This document shows, piece by piece, positions 9,283-18,964 of a stretch of 64,000 nucleotides of DNA. The DNA is from Polyangiaceae bacterium (GTDB taxonomy: Bacteria; Myxococcota_A; Polyangia; Polyangiales; Polyangiaceae). A model generated the notes under the pieces. The model did no database searches and was not told where the DNA came from. It saw only the letters and a list, made by a program, of their open reading frames with translations. The DNA is taken from positions 1,152,001 through 1,216,000 of the forward strand of contig CBDCTZ010000016.1 in NCBI GenBank assembly GCA_965222375.1, given 5' to 3'. Positions within the stretch are counted from its first letter, which is position 1, and each line of letters opens with the position of its first letter. The position numbers and the translations under genes are program-made.

Positions 9283-9403
9283 TACCTCGGCACCGGGACC
9301 GGTTGATCGTCATGGGGCGCTGAGAACTCGCGCATGCTCACACTAGATTAGCGCTCCGCACGTCGCCACGACCCCAATCAAGTCCCGACAATCTCGCGGT
9401 CAC

Positions 9404-9448
9404 AAAAAAATGCGACGAGCCCCACCGAAATGGCAGGGCTCGTTCGCA
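9404..9448 (-). terminator. Rho-independent terminator of the lipoprotein gene
   Basis: Minus strand TGCGAACGAGCCC...GGGCTCGTCGCA followed by T7. Confidence 0.85.
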
Positions 9449-9465
9449 GGGTTGAACGGGTAGAC

Positions 9466-10299
9466 TCAGGGGTAAGCGTCGATGTTGAGACTGCATTCCA
9501 ACCAGTCATCGGCGCATTTCCCAGTCTTGGGCACTGAGTTTTCGTAACACACGATGATGTCTTGGCGGGTTTGTTGATCCATCGAATTGAGCGCGACTTG
9601 ACACTCAAACTCCGTGATGCCCGAGGCGCCTGGACAGCTTGTTTCAACATCCTTGCACGTGACCACCCCGGCTTCGAACGGGACGCCGCCAGTGTCGCAT
9701 GCCTGGGGGAACACGCTTGCGATGCAGTTGTTGACGCCTGTGGTGTGAGAGGCGTCGCAAGCGGATGCTGCGGGGAGGGCATTGAGGCAAGCGAATAGCG
9801 CTTCGGTAACGCCTGGGCGGCCGTGGGTCTCCATGTACTCGCACAGGCTGACGCCGTCGGGAGGGGGAGAACCTGCGCCCGGGCACTTGGTGGAGGCATA
9901 GGGTAACCCGCCACAAAGTCCGATCTCGATGCCTGCATCCGGCCCGGTTCCGGTATCGTCCAGACACTTGGTGCCCGCGTCGCCACCTGCCGAGCCGCCG
10001 GCTCCGGCGCCTCCGTCAGTGCCGCCGTCAGTGCCACCGGCGCCTGCGCTGCCTGCCGAGCCAGCGCTACCCGCGGAACCCGCGCTGCCTGCCGAGCCCG
10101 CGCTGCCCGCCGTGCCGCCTGAGCCTGCGCTACCTGCCGCGCCCGAGCTTCCGCCACCCGATCCCGCGCTGCCGCCACCGGTGCCGCCGGTGTTGTTGTT
10201 GTCATCCACGTCCTGGTTGACGGTACAGCCCGCGGCCAGAGCGCCCGCGGACGCCAAAACAGCGGTAAACTTCAAGAATTGCTCGAGCTTGAGTTGCAT
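9466..10299 (-). CDS. Lipoprotein with a Gly/Ser/Ala linker and Cys-rich C-terminal domain
   Basis: Lipobox LAAGC, (GSA)n linker, many Cys; strong RBS AAAGGAGG. Confidence 0.85.
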   Translation of the reverse strand: MQLKLEQFLKFTAVLASAGALAAGCTVNQDVDDNNNTGGTGGGSAGSGGGSSGAAGSAGSGGTAGSAGSAGSAGSAGSAGSAGSAGAGGTDGGTDGGAGAGGSAGGDAGTKCLDDTGTGPDAGIEIGLCGGLPYASTKCPGAGSPPPDGVSLCEYMETHGRPGVTEALFACLNALPAASACDASHTTGVNNCIASVFPQACDTGGVPFEAGVVTCKDVETSCPGASGITEFECQVALNSMDQQTRQDIIVCYENSVPKTGKCADDWLECSLNIDAYP

Positions 10300-10339
10300 G
10301 TAAGCAGCCCTCCTTTAGTAATTGCGGCAGAGAAAGTGA

Positions 10340-10421
10340 CCCAAATCGCCTGATGCGGTCTCCCAGACCGCTGTCAGACCCCAACCATGGTCTGACGATA
10401 AGGATACGTAGGCGATTCGAA
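10340..10421 (-). ncRNA. Candidate structured cis-regulatory RNA (three-way junction) in a 5' leader
   Basis: Closing stem 10344-10351/10410-10417, with inner hairpins 10355-10371 and 10373-10396, all perfectly paired. Confidence 0.5.
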
Positions 10422-10561
10422 CAGACTACCTTAGCTGGCGAAAAATTCTGAGGCCTGATTGCTGGCCCTGTCCCAGGGCCCGGTTTTCCCCGGAATGGCC
10501 CAGGAATTGCGGGGAACAGTTGAGCAGTGTTTTTCCTGCAGTTTTCAGGCTTTCAACGGGC

Positions 10562-10760
10562 TTGCGCAGGATGGGGGGCTCTGCTAGTTAGGCGTCCCCT
10601 TTTTCAGCGCCCCCCGTGCGGCCTCGAGCTGTCCGGAAAGCGTTGAACGCCGCGACCTTCGCGGCTCGGGTCGCCACTAGGGCGACCGACATGGGCCGCC
10701 AACCACGCCGGATTTCCGGCGCAGGGGCGTCGACTCGGTACCGACCGGGACAGGAACGAT
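10562..10760 (+). promoter_or_regulatory. Putative promoter and multi-hairpin leader of the rplV-rplQ transcript
   Basis: TTGCGC-17-TAGTTA (weak -10), then stems at 10603-10647, 10649-10665, 10669-10687, 10706-10721 and 10734-10749. Confidence 0.5.
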
Positions 10761-10766
10761 GTGGCA

Positions 10767-11108
10767 ATGATCAGCCGAGCAAAAGCTAACTTTCAGCGAA
10801 TCAGCCCGCGCAAAGCGCGAATGGTCATCAATCTCGTGCGCGGTCGTGACGCCGCGGAAGCTTTGCAGCTTCTGGACTTCGTGCCCAAGGCAGGCGCGCC
10901 GGTCGTCAAGAAGCTGATCGCGAGCGCGGTTGCCAACGCCAAGGTTTCACGGCCGGACGTCGATGTTGACGGATTGTTCGTCAGCAAGGCGGCGGTCGAC
11001 AAGGCACCAGATTCACACATGCGGCGGTGGCGTCCTCGCGCGATGGGTCGCGCAACGCGTGTCGTCAAAGGAATGAGCCACATCATCATCGAACTTGATG
11101 AGCGCTGA
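10767..11108 (+). CDS. rplV: 50S ribosomal protein L22
   Basis: RISPRKARMVINLVRG...SAVANA...RPRAMGRA; start may be GTG 10761. Confidence 0.97.
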   Translation: MISRAKANFQRISPRKARMVINLVRGRDAAEALQLLDFVPKAGAPVVKKLIASAVANAKVSRPDVDVDGLFVSKAAVDKAPDSHMRRWRPRAMGRATRVVKGMSHIIIELDER

Positions 11109-11117
11109 GGACTAACG

Positions 11118-11810
11118 ATGGGACAAAAGACACACCCCTACGGCTTTCGGCTCGGCGTCATCAAGACGTGGACGAGCAAGTGGTACGAAGACGGCCACTA
11201 CACGAAGTGGTTGCACGAAGACATTCGCATCAAGCGTGCGGTGAAGGAATACCTCTACAACGCGAACGTTGCGAGCGTCGAGGTCGAGCGCGCGGCCAAC
11301 AAGGCCAAGGTCATCGTGTACACGGCACGCCCTGGCATGGTCATCGGCAAAGGTGGCAAGGGCATCGAGATTCTGAAGAGTGGCAACTTGGACTCGGCCC
11401 AAAAGGGGGAGACGAAGTTCCCCGGCGTTCAGTCCTTCACGGACAACGAAGTCTTCATCGACGTTCAGGAAGTCCGGAAGGCTGAAACCAACGCTCAGCT
11501 CGTGGCGGAGAACGTCGCGACTCAGCTGGAGCGCCGAATCGCGTTCCGCCGCGCCATGAAGAAGGCGCTCACCACGGCGATGAAGTTCGGCGCCAAGGGC
11601 GTGCGCATCCGCTGTGCAGGTCGGCTGGGCGGCTCCGAGATGGGGCGCGTGGAGACCTACCGCGAGGGCCGAGTGCCCCTACACACTTTGCGCGCAGACG
11701 TGGACTTCGGTCTCGCGGAGGCTCGCACCACCTACGGCATCATCGGTGTCAAAGTCTGGATTTTCAAAGGCGAGGTCTTGCAGCGCAAGGCACGTCGCAT
11801 TCCCGAGTGA
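11118..11810 (+). CDS. rpsC: 30S ribosomal protein S3
   Basis: [13 protein letters not shown]...[11 protein letters not shown]. Confidence 0.98.
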   Translation: MGQKTHPYGFRLGVIKTWTSKWYEDGHYTKWLHEDIRIKRAVKEYLYNANVASVEVERAANKAKVIVYTARPGMVIGKGGKGIEILKSGNLDSAQKGETKFPGVQSFTDNEVFIDVQEVRKAETNAQLVAENVATQLERRIAFRRAMKKALTTAMKFGAKGVRIRCAGRLGGSEMGRVETYREGRVPLHTLRADVDFGLAEARTTYGIIGVKVWIFKGEVLQRKARRIPE

Positions 11811-11831
11811 GCCAGCCCAAAGAGGCGAGCC

Positions 11832-12245
11832 ATGCTGCAACCTAAACGAACCAAGTTCCGAAAAGCCCAAAAGGGCAAAAACCGCGGTCTCGCGTGGCGT
11901 GGCAGTGATGTGTCCTTCGGGGACTACGCACTGCAGGCCGTGGGGCGTGGCCGCCTGACGGGCCGTCAGATCGAAGCCGCTCGTATGGCGATTCAGCGCC
12001 ATGTCAAGCGCGCCGGTAATCTGTTCATCCGCGTCTTCCCCGACAAGCCGGTTTCCAAGAAGCCCCTCGAAGTCCGCATGGGTAGCGGCAAAGGCGCCGT
12101 GGAGTTCTGGGTGGCCATCGTCAAGCCCGGCCGCGTCCTGTTCGAGATCACCGGCGTCCCGGAGGAGCTGGCGAAAGAAGCCTTCAAGCTGGCTTCGACC
12201 AAGCTGCCCCTGGAAACCCGCTTCTTGGTGCGAGGAGATCTGTAA
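11832..12245 (+). CDS. rplP: 50S ribosomal protein L16
   Basis: [11 protein letters not shown]...RMGSGKG. Confidence 0.98.
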   Translation: MLQPKRTKFRKAQKGKNRGLAWRGSDVSFGDYALQAVGRGRLTGRQIEAARMAIQRHVKRAGNLFIRVFPDKPVSKKPLEVRMGSGKGAVEFWVAIVKPGRVLFEITGVPEELAKEAFKLASTKLPLETRFLVRGDL

Positions 12246-12445
12246 TGAAGGGCAGTGAGCTCAGGGAGCGGACGACCGAGGACTTGACCGAGCTGCAGAG
12301 TGCGCTCGAAAAGGACCTCTTTTCGTACCGAATGAAGAACTACACGGGCCAGCTCGACGACACGAGCCTGATCAAGAAGACCCGTAAGGATTTGGCGCGA
12401 ATCGTCCAGATTCTGCACGAGCGCGTGAAGGAGCCGCAGGCATGA
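12245..12445 (+). CDS. rpmC: 50S ribosomal protein L29
   Basis: MKGSELRE...TGQL...RKDLARI; position in the operon. Confidence 0.95.
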   Translation: MKGSELRERTTEDLTELQSALEKDLFSYRMKNYTGQLDDTSLIKKTRKDLARIVQILHERVKEPQA

Positions 12446-12735
12446 CCACGGAAGCAGCAGCGCAGAAGACCAGCGCACCGTCCAGGCGCCGTCTGGTGGG
12501 TCGTATCAAGAGCGACAAGATGGACAAGACCGTCGTTGTCGAGGTGGTCCGCTACAAGATGGACCCCATGTACAAGAAGTACGTCCGTGTTCGTCAGCGC
12601 TATCAGGCGCACGACGAGAAGAACGAGTTCCGCGCGGGCGACCGCGTAGAGATCGTCGAGCACCGCCCCATATCGAAGCACAAGCGGTGGAAGGTCGTTC
12701 GATTGCTCGAGCGTCCCGCTCAAGAGCTTTCCTGA
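12442..12735 (+). CDS. rpsQ: 30S ribosomal protein S17
   Basis: SDKMDKTVVV...AHDE...RPISKHKRW. Confidence 0.97.
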   Translation: MTTEAAAQKTSAPSRRRLVGRIKSDKMDKTVVVEVVRYKMDPMYKKYVRVRQRYQAHDEKNEFRAGDRVEIVEHRPISKHKRWKVVRLLERPAQELS

Positions 12736-12747
12736 GGAGTCGCCGTC

Positions 12748-13116
12748 ATGATTCAAGCAGAATCCTTCCTGGACATTGCCGACAACTCCGGCGCCAAGCT
12801 GGTGCAGTGCATCAAGGTGCTCGGCGGTTCCCGGCGGCGCTATGCGGCGCTCGGGGACATCATTGTCGTCAGCATCAAGGAGGCGCTGCCGGGCAGCAAG
12901 GTCAAGAAGGGCGATACCGCCAAGGCGGTTGTCGTGCGGACCAAGCGTGAGTACCGCAGGCAAGACGGCAGCTACATCAAGTTCGACGACAACAGCGCGG
13001 TCCTAATCAACGCTCAGATGGAGCCGGTTGGAACCCGCATTTTTGGACCCGTCGCCCGCGAGCTGCGCGGCAAGCGGTTCATGAAGATCATCTCCTTGGC
13101 ACCGGAAGTGCTGTGA
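12748..13116 (+). CDS. rplN: 50S ribosomal protein L14
   Basis: ADNSGAK...[13 protein letters not shown]...SLAPEVL. Confidence 0.99.
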   Translation: MIQAESFLDIADNSGAKLVQCIKVLGGSRRRYAALGDIIVVSIKEALPGSKVKKGDTAKAVVVRTKREYRRQDGSYIKFDDNSAVLINAQMEPVGTRIFGPVARELRGKRFMKIISLAPEVL

Positions 13117-13147
13117 GAGCCACGGAGTCAGGATTCGGGAGCTAGAT

Positions 13148-13471
13148 ATGCAGCGCGTCAGAGTCGGAGACGAGGTCATCGTCATCAGCGGTAACGAGAA
13201 GGGCAAGCGTGGCAAAGTCATGCGCGTGCTCAAGGAGCAGAACCGCGTGGTGGTCGAGGGCATCAATCGCATCAAGCGCCACATGAAAGCCAGTCAGGCT
13301 GGGCCAGGCGGAATTCTGGAGGTCGAGGCACCGTTGCACCTCAGCAACGTCATGCCGATCGATCCCGAGGGTGGCAAACCCACGCGGGTCCGCTTCCAAG
13401 AGAAGGACGGAAGCAAGGTCCGCGTAGCCAAGAGCGGCGCGACCATTGTCGCTGCGTCGTCAGGGGAATGA
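13148..13471 (+). CDS. rplX: 50S ribosomal protein L24
   Basis: [16 protein letters not shown]...EAPLHLSNV. Confidence 0.97.
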   Translation: MQRVRVGDEVIVISGNEKGKRGKVMRVLKEQNRVVVEGINRIKRHMKASQAGPGGILEVEAPLHLSNVMPIDPEGGKPTRVRFQEKDGSKVRVAKSGATIVAASSGE

Positions 13472-14037
13472 GCACCATGAACGATACTGCCGTGCCCGCG
13501 CCGCGAATGCGGGAGAAGTACAACAAGGAGGCCGTCAAGGCCTTGATGGAGCGCTTCGGCTACAAGAATCCGATGCAGGTGCCCCGGCTCACGAAAATCG
13601 TCGTGAACATGGGCCTTGGGGAAGCCGTGGGCAATCCGAAACTGGTCGATGCGGCCGTGAAGGAACTCGCCACGATTACCGGTCAGAAAGCGATCGTGAC
13701 CCGAGCCAAGAAGTCCATTGCCAGCTTCAAGTTGCGAGAAGGCATGCCCATCGGCGCCAAGGTGACCCTGCGCAAGGAGCGCATGTGGGAGTTCCTCGAT
13801 CGACTGATCACCTTGAGCTTGCCTCGGGTGCGAGACTTCCGCGGCGTCAGCCCCCGGGCCTTCGACGGCGCCGGCAACTACACTCTGGGTCTGCGTGAGC
13901 AGATCGTGTTTCCCGAGATCAGCTTCGACGGTGTCGACAAGGTCAAGGGCATGAACGTCACCATCAACTCCACGGCTTCCAACGACGAAGAGGCGAAAGA
14001 GCTTCTCAAGCTGCTTGGAATGCCCTTCCGCAACTGA
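13468..14037 (+). CDS. rplE: 50S ribosomal protein L5
   Basis: [16 protein letters not shown]...LPRVRDFRG...FDGAGNY. Confidence 0.98.
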   Translation: MSTMNDTAVPAPRMREKYNKEAVKALMERFGYKNPMQVPRLTKIVVNMGLGEAVGNPKLVDAAVKELATITGQKAIVTRAKKSIASFKLREGMPIGAKVTLRKERMWEFLDRLITLSLPRVRDFRGVSPRAFDGAGNYTLGLREQIVFPEISFDGVDKVKGMNVTINSTASNDEEAKELLKLLGMPFRN

Positions 14038-14064
14038 TCAACGGACAAGAGGAATCGAGAATCA

Positions 14065-14250
14065 ATGGCACGCGCATCACAGTGGGCGAAACTCAACCGA
14101 GTGCCGAAGTTTTCCACTCGGCAGCATAACCGCTGCCAGGTTTGTGGACGCTCTCGCGCCTTTTACCGGGACTTCAAACTTTGCCGGGTTTGCCTGCGCC
14201 TCTTGGGGCTCAAGGGCGAACTTCCTGGCGTCACCAAGGCTAGCTGGTGA
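14065..14250 (+). CDS. rpsN: 30S ribosomal protein S14, short Zn-binding type
   Basis: 61 aa, RCQVCGR...LCRVCLR...LPGVTKASW. Confidence 0.97.
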   Translation: MARASQWAKLNRVPKFSTRQHNRCQVCGRSRAFYRDFKLCRVCLRLLGLKGELPGVTKASW

Positions 14251-14254
14251 GACT

Positions 14255-14656
14255 ATGTTGACTGACCCCGTTTCCGACCTCTTGGCACGCATTCGCAACG
14301 CAGCGTTGGCGCGTCACGAGTTCACGAACGTCCCCCACAGCAAGCTGAAGGCTGGCATTGCGCAGCTTCTCAAGCGTGAGGGCTACATCGCGGACGTGCG
14401 TACCGAGAAGATCGGCTCGCAGCCCCGAGAGACCCTGACCATCGTGCTCAAGTACACCAAGGAGCGCAAAGCTGCCTTCCGCGGTCTCAAGCGTGTCTCC
14501 AAGCCCGGTCGGCGGGTCTACGTCCGCTACAGCGAAATTCCGCGGGTGCTGAGCGGCCTCGGAGTGTCCATCCTCAGCACCTCTCACGGCCTGATGACGG
14601 ACGGAGACGCGCGCAGCAAGAAGGTCGGCGGGGAGCTCCTCTGCGAGGTTTGGTGA
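14255..14656 (+). CDS. rpsH: 30S ribosomal protein S8
   Basis: MLTDPVSDLLARIRNA...RVSKPGRRVY...GGELLCEVW. Confidence 0.98.
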   Translation: MLTDPVSDLLARIRNAALARHEFTNVPHSKLKAGIAQLLKREGYIADVRTEKIGSQPRETLTIVLKYTKERKAAFRGLKRVSKPGRRVYVRYSEIPRVLSGLGVSILSTSHGLMTDGDARSKKVGGELLCEVW

Positions 14657-15234
14657 TGGAAGCGCAAGGTCAAAAAGAGTCCCGACTTGGCAAGCGGCCC
14701 ATCGCCGTGCCCAAGGGCGTGACTGTGAACGTCAAGCCTGGCAGGGTGGAGGTGCAAGGGCCCAAGGGCAAGCTGCACCGCGTGCTGCCAGAGATCGTGA
14801 AGGTCAATCGGGACGGGGAAAACCTGGTCATCGACGCGACGGCCGCCAAGAAGGATGCTCCTCGACTGCAGGGGCTGAGCCGCGCGCTGGTCGCCGCCAT
14901 GGTCAAGGGTGCCGCCGAGGGCTTCGAGAAGACCCTGGAGCTGCACGGCACGGGTTACCGCTGCGAAGCCAAGGGCAAGAAGCTAGTGATGCAGTTGGGC
15001 TTCTCTCACCCAGTGGAGTTCGAGCTGCCGCCCGAGGTTAACGCGACGATCCCCGGCGACAGCAAGGGCACGGTGCTGATTCTTTCCAGCGCCGACAAGG
15101 CCGCCCTCGGGCAGGCCGCAGCCACGATTCGCTCATTCCGACCCCCGGAGCCCTACGCGGGCAAGGGTGTCCGTTTCCGGGGCGAGCAGATTCGTCGCAA
15201 AGCCGGTAAAGCGGGCAAGGGCGGCAAGAAGTAG
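14656..15234 (+). CDS. rplF: 50S ribosomal protein L6
   Basis: SRLGKRPI...LGFSHPV...[12 protein letters not shown]. Confidence 0.98.
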   Translation: MEAQGQKESRLGKRPIAVPKGVTVNVKPGRVEVQGPKGKLHRVLPEIVKVNRDGENLVIDATAAKKDAPRLQGLSRALVAAMVKGAAEGFEKTLELHGTGYRCEAKGKKLVMQLGFSHPVEFELPPEVNATIPGDSKGTVLILSSADKAALGQAAATIRSFRPPEPYAGKGVRFRGEQIRRKAGKAGKGGKK

Positions 15235-15257
15235 GCAGATTTCAGGCAGGACGAGCA

Positions 15258-15620
15258 ATGAAGCACGGAAAGCTAACAGGACGACAGCGGCGCAAATTGC
15301 GCATTCGCAACAAGATCTCCGGTGGACCGGACCGTCCGCGCCTCACGGTATTTCGAAGCGCGAAGCACATCTACGCGCAGGTCGTCGACGATGGCTACGG
15401 CAAGACCATCGCAGCCGTATCCACACTCTCTCGAGATCTAAAGCCCACCCTGGGCGAGGACTCCAAGACGGACGCGGCGAAGAAGGTTGGCGCCTTGCTC
15501 GCAAAAATGTGTCTCGAAAAGAAGGTCGCCAAGGTCGTCTTCGACCGCAATGGTTATCTGTATCACGGCCGCGTGAAAGCGCTGGCAGACGCAGCCCGCG
15601 AAGCCGGGCTTTCATTCTGA
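15258..15620 (+). CDS. rplR: 50S ribosomal protein L18
   Basis: [16 protein letters not shown]...[24 protein letters not shown]. Confidence 0.98.
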   Translation: MKHGKLTGRQRRKLRIRNKISGGPDRPRLTVFRSAKHIYAQVVDDGYGKTIAAVSTLSRDLKPTLGEDSKTDAAKKVGALLAKMCLEKKVAKVVFDRNGYLYHGRVKALADAAREAGLSF

Positions 15621-15640
15621 TTTAGAGCGGAAAAACGAAA

Positions 15641-16231
15641 ATGGCATTCGAACAATACGACGAAGACAAGCTGAAAGAGCGCGTCATCCACATCAATCGC
15701 GTCGCGAAGGTGGTGAAGGGTGGTCGTCGTTTCAGCTTCGCCGCCTTGGTGGTCGTTGGTGATGAGGCTGGCCACGTCGGTGTGGGCTTGGGCAAGGCCA
15801 ATGAGGTGCCGGAAGCCATCCGCAAGGGTAACGACCAGGCGCGCAAGAATCTGGTCAAGGTTCCGATGATCGGCGCCACGATTCCTCATGGAGCCATTGG
15901 TCAATACGGCGCGGGTCGCGTGCTGCTCCGGCCTGCGGCTCCTGGTACTGGCGTCATCGCCGGCGGCCCGGTGCGCGCCGTGGTCGAGTCGGCCGGGATT
16001 CAGGACATCCTGAGCAAGTGTCTGGGCTCCGCCAACAAGTACAACGTGGTCAACGCCACCATCGAGGCACTCAAGTCTCTGCGCACTCCGACGGATGTCG
16101 CGGGTGCGCGCGACATGGACGTCGACGCGGTGACGGCGGACTACCCTGTGCAGCGCATGAGCTCTCAGGCAGCGGTTGCTCAGTCCATCGTGGCTTCCTC
16201 GACCGACGGCACGAATGGAGTGACGCCGTGA
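15641..16231 (+). CDS. rpsE: 30S ribosomal protein S5
   Basis: [16 protein letters not shown]...GTGVIAGG. Confidence 0.98.
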   Translation: MAFEQYDEDKLKERVIHINRVAKVVKGGRRFSFAALVVVGDEAGHVGVGLGKANEVPEAIRKGNDQARKNLVKVPMIGATIPHGAIGQYGAGRVLLRPAAPGTGVIAGGPVRAVVESAGIQDILSKCLGSANKYNVVNATIEALKSLRTPTDVAGARDMDVDAVTADYPVQRMSSQAAVAQSIVASSTDGTNGVTP

Positions 16232-16419
16232 GTACGCAGAAGCTAGCTGTACGACAGGTGAGGAGTGCGATTGGGCGCTCCCATCCCCAGCGACGAGTTC
16301 TCAAGGGGCTCGGTTTGCGCGGGATTGGTTCCTCGGTCGAGGTGGACAACACCCCCTCGTTCCGCGGCATGGTCAAGAAGGTGATGCATCTCGTCGAGGT
16401 GCAGGAGAAGAAGTCATGA
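16228..16419 (+). CDS. rpmD: 50S ribosomal protein L30
   Basis: VRSAIGR...LGLRGIG...[18 protein letters not shown] start overlaps the rpsE stop. Confidence 0.95.
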   Translation: MSTQKLAVRQVRSAIGRSHPQRRVLKGLGLRGIGSSVEVDNTPSFRGMVKKVMHLVEVQEKKS

Positions 16420-16895
16420 GCGACATTCTTTCTCGTCTCGCCCCTCCCGACGGCGCGCGCACTCGTGAGAAGCGCGTGGGCCGTGGTGTGGGAAGCAAGT
16501 TGGGCAAGACCGGTGGTCGCGGCCAAAAGGGCCAAAAAGCCCGTCAGCCCGGCAACATCAACAAGCTGCATTTCCAGGGCGGTCAGACGCCGATTCAACG
16601 GCGCTTGCCCAAGCGTGGTTTTCGCGTGCCTTTCCCCATCAAGACCGTGGCGGTGAACGTCTCGTCCCTCGAGCGTTTCGACGCCGGCACGGAGGTCACG
16701 GAAGACTTGCTTCGCTCGTCTCGCCTGGTCCAGAAACGGGGCGCGCGTATCAAGATCCTGGGTGAAGGGGAACTGACCAAGAAGCTGACCGTCAGTGCGC
16801 ACGGTTTCAGCAAGTCCGCCCAAGCCAAGATCGAGAAGGCTGGCGGCAAGGTCGTCGTGCTCGCGAGCACGGCCGAGCCCGCCCAGGCTGACTGA
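16416..16895 (+). CDS. rplO: 50S ribosomal protein L15
   Basis: RVGRG.GS..GKTGGRGQKGQKAR...FQGGQTP..RRLPKRGF. Confidence 0.98.
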   Translation: MSDILSRLAPPDGARTREKRVGRGVGSKLGKTGGRGQKGQKARQPGNINKLHFQGGQTPIQRRLPKRGFRVPFPIKTVAVNVSSLERFDAGTEVTEDLLRSSRLVQKRGARIKILGEGELTKKLTVSAHGFSKSAQAKIEKAGGKVVVLASTAEPAQAD

Positions 16896-16979
16896 GGGCG
16901 CTGCGAGCTCCGAGCCGAGCTTTAGCCGCTATTGTCGATGTCCAGCGAGAGAAACGAGAGCTTCGTACCCAGGTGAGTC

Positions 16980-18311
16980 ATGGCGGTTGCTGGCGGCTTC
17001 TCTAATATCACCAAGGTTCCCGAGCTTCGTCGGCGAATAGCCTTCTCTCTCGGGATCATCGCGCTGTATCGCGTCGGCGTTTTCATCACCACTCCAGGTG
17101 TTGATCGCAACGTGATGAAGAGCGTGATCAGCCAGCAGGGTGGCTTGCTGGGCCTGTTCAATCTGTTCTCGGGTGGCGCACTCGAGAATCTGTCCATCTT
17201 CGCTCTCGGCATCATGCCGTACATCTCGGCCAGCATCATCATGCAGCTCTTGGGCATGGTGAGTAAGCAGGTCGAGGAGATGAAGAAGGAGGGCGAAGCC
17301 GGTCGCCGCAAGCTGGAGCAATACACTCGCTACGGTACGATCTTGCTCTCCGCGTTCCAGTCTTTCGGTGTGGCGTTGTACCTGGAGGGGTTGAACGACG
17401 CCGACATGGGCGGCGGCAACTTCGGCGACGTCGTTCAGAGTTCGGGCTGGGGTTTCCGCCTGCTGACGATGATCACCCTGACCACGGGCACGGCTTTGAT
17501 CATGTGGCTGGGTGAGCAGGCCACGGAGCGAGGCATCGGAAACGGCATTTCGCTGATCATCTTCGCCAGTATCGTCAGCGGCATTCCCTCTGGCATCGGC
17601 CAGTATTGGTCCGCGAACGCAGGCCAGATCGAGCCCCTCACGATCGCCATCCTGGGCGCTGTCATCCTGGTCAGCGTGGCCATGGTCGTGTTCTTCGAGC
17701 GCGCCCAACGCCAGGTGCCGATTCAGTACGCTCGGCGGCAGGTGGGGCGGCACATCTATGGCGGCCGCAGCGCACATCTGCCGCTGAAGGTGAACATGGC
17801 GAGCATGATCCCGCCCATCTTCGCTTCCAGCTTGCTGCTCTTCCCGACCACGCTGGCGAACTTCAACATCCCGGGCATGACGCGCTTCGCCGCGGCACTG
17901 AACCGCGGGGATTGGGTGTTCCACACTCTCTTTGGCGCTCTCGTCATCTTTTTCTGCTTCTTCTACACGGCAGTGACATTTCAGCCCGTGGACGTCGCCG
18001 ACAACCTGAAGAAGCAGCAGGCCAACATTCCGGGCATCCGCCCCGGTCGACACACCGCCGAGTATTTGGACCGCGTCCTCACGCGGCTGACCGTAGGTGG
18101 CTCCATCTACGTCGCCATCATTTGCGTCGTTCCGGCCGTCATCAGCCAGGCGTTGCGCGTGCCGTTCCAGTTTGGCGGAACCAGTTTGATGATCGTCGTC
18201 GGCGTGGCCCTCGAAACAGTGAACCAAATCGAGGCTCACCTGATCACCCGCAGCTACGAAGGATTGACCGGGCCGCAGGTAACCCGCCTGTCCGGTAGGA
18301 GGGCAACATGA
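16980..18311 (+). CDS. secY: Preprotein translocase SecY
   Basis: SIFALGIMPYISASII, WLGEQ..ERGIGNGISLIIF, IPGIRPG and FGGTSLMIVVGVAL motifs. Confidence 0.99.
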   Translation: MAVAGGFSNITKVPELRRRIAFSLGIIALYRVGVFITTPGVDRNVMKSVISQQGGLLGLFNLFSGGALENLSIFALGIMPYISASIIMQLLGMVSKQVEEMKKEGEAGRRKLEQYTRYGTILLSAFQSFGVALYLEGLNDADMGGGNFGDVVQSSGWGFRLLTMITLTTGTALIMWLGEQATERGIGNGISLIIFASIVSGIPSGIGQYWSANAGQIEPLTIAILGAVILVSVAMVVFFERAQRQVPIQYARRQVGRHIYGGRSAHLPLKVNMASMIPPIFASSLLLFPTTLANFNIPGMTRFAAALNRGDWVFHTLFGALVIFFCFFYTAVTFQPVDVADNLKKQQANIPGIRPGRHTAEYLDRVLTRLTVGGSIYVAIICVVPAVISQALRVPFQFGGTSLMIVVGVALETVNQIEAHLITRSYEGLTGPQVTRLSGRRAT

Positions 18312-18943
18312 GCGAGGGGCACCGAATGGTCCTGGTGGGGCCGCCGGCTAGTGGCAAAGGCACCCAGGGCAGCATTCTTTCGGAAGCGTTGGGCATCCCC
18401 AAGATCTCGACCGGAGACATGCTTCGCGAGGCTCGGGCCGCTGGCACCGAGCTCGGCAAGAAGGCCGAGGAGTACATGAACTCCGGGAAGCTGGTGCCCG
18501 ACTCCCTCGTGATCGGGCTGGTGGACGAGCGCCTGGACGCCGACGACGCGAAAAAGGGCTTTATTCTCGATGGGTTCCCGCGGACAACAGCCCAGGCGGA
18601 GGCTCTTGAAGCCTTACTGGAAAAGCGAAATTCACCCTTGACCTACGTGCTCCAGATCGACGTGGCCAAGGACCTGCTGGTCGAACGGGCGACCCTGCGC
18701 CGCATCGACAAACAGACTGGACAAATATACCACCTGAAGTACTCTCTCCCGCCCCCGGGGGCCGACCTGGAGCAGCGGCCCGATGACCGGGAAGAGACAG
18801 TACGGCGACGTCTCGACGAGTACGACGCCATGACGGCAGCTTTGCTGCCTTTTTACGAGGAGCGAAAGCTGCTCAAGCGGGTCGACGGAGTCGGCTCGAT
18901 GGAAGAAGTGACCGCACGAATCAACAACGCAATCGGGCGGTAA
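18308..18943 (+). CDS. adk: Adenylate kinase
   Basis: GPPASGKGTQ, ISTGDMLR and GFILDGFPRT motifs. Confidence 0.98.
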   Translation: MSEGHRMVLVGPPASGKGTQGSILSEALGIPKISTGDMLREARAAGTELGKKAEEYMNSGKLVPDSLVIGLVDERLDADDAKKGFILDGFPRTTAQAEALEALLEKRNSPLTYVLQIDVAKDLLVERATLRRIDKQTGQIYHLKYSLPPPGADLEQRPDDREETVRRRLDEYDAMTAALLPFYEERKLLKRVDGVGSMEEVTARINNAIGR

Positions 18944-18964
18944 CGGAGGGTCGATACGGAGAAA

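Noticed and set aside
247..10766. Prophage, ICE or IS as the cause of the island
   Set aside because: No integrase, transposase, phage gene or flanking direct repeat was recognised.
16929..18239. Long antisense ORFs (also 35895-37094, 41882-43798, 51196-52398)
   Set aside because: Shadow ORFs expected from high-GC codon bias opposite secY, the ABC1 kinase, ftsK and the TPR gene.
18308..18943. Unusual adenylate kinase lid
   Set aside because: A Zn-free, somewhat shortened lid is within known Adk variation.
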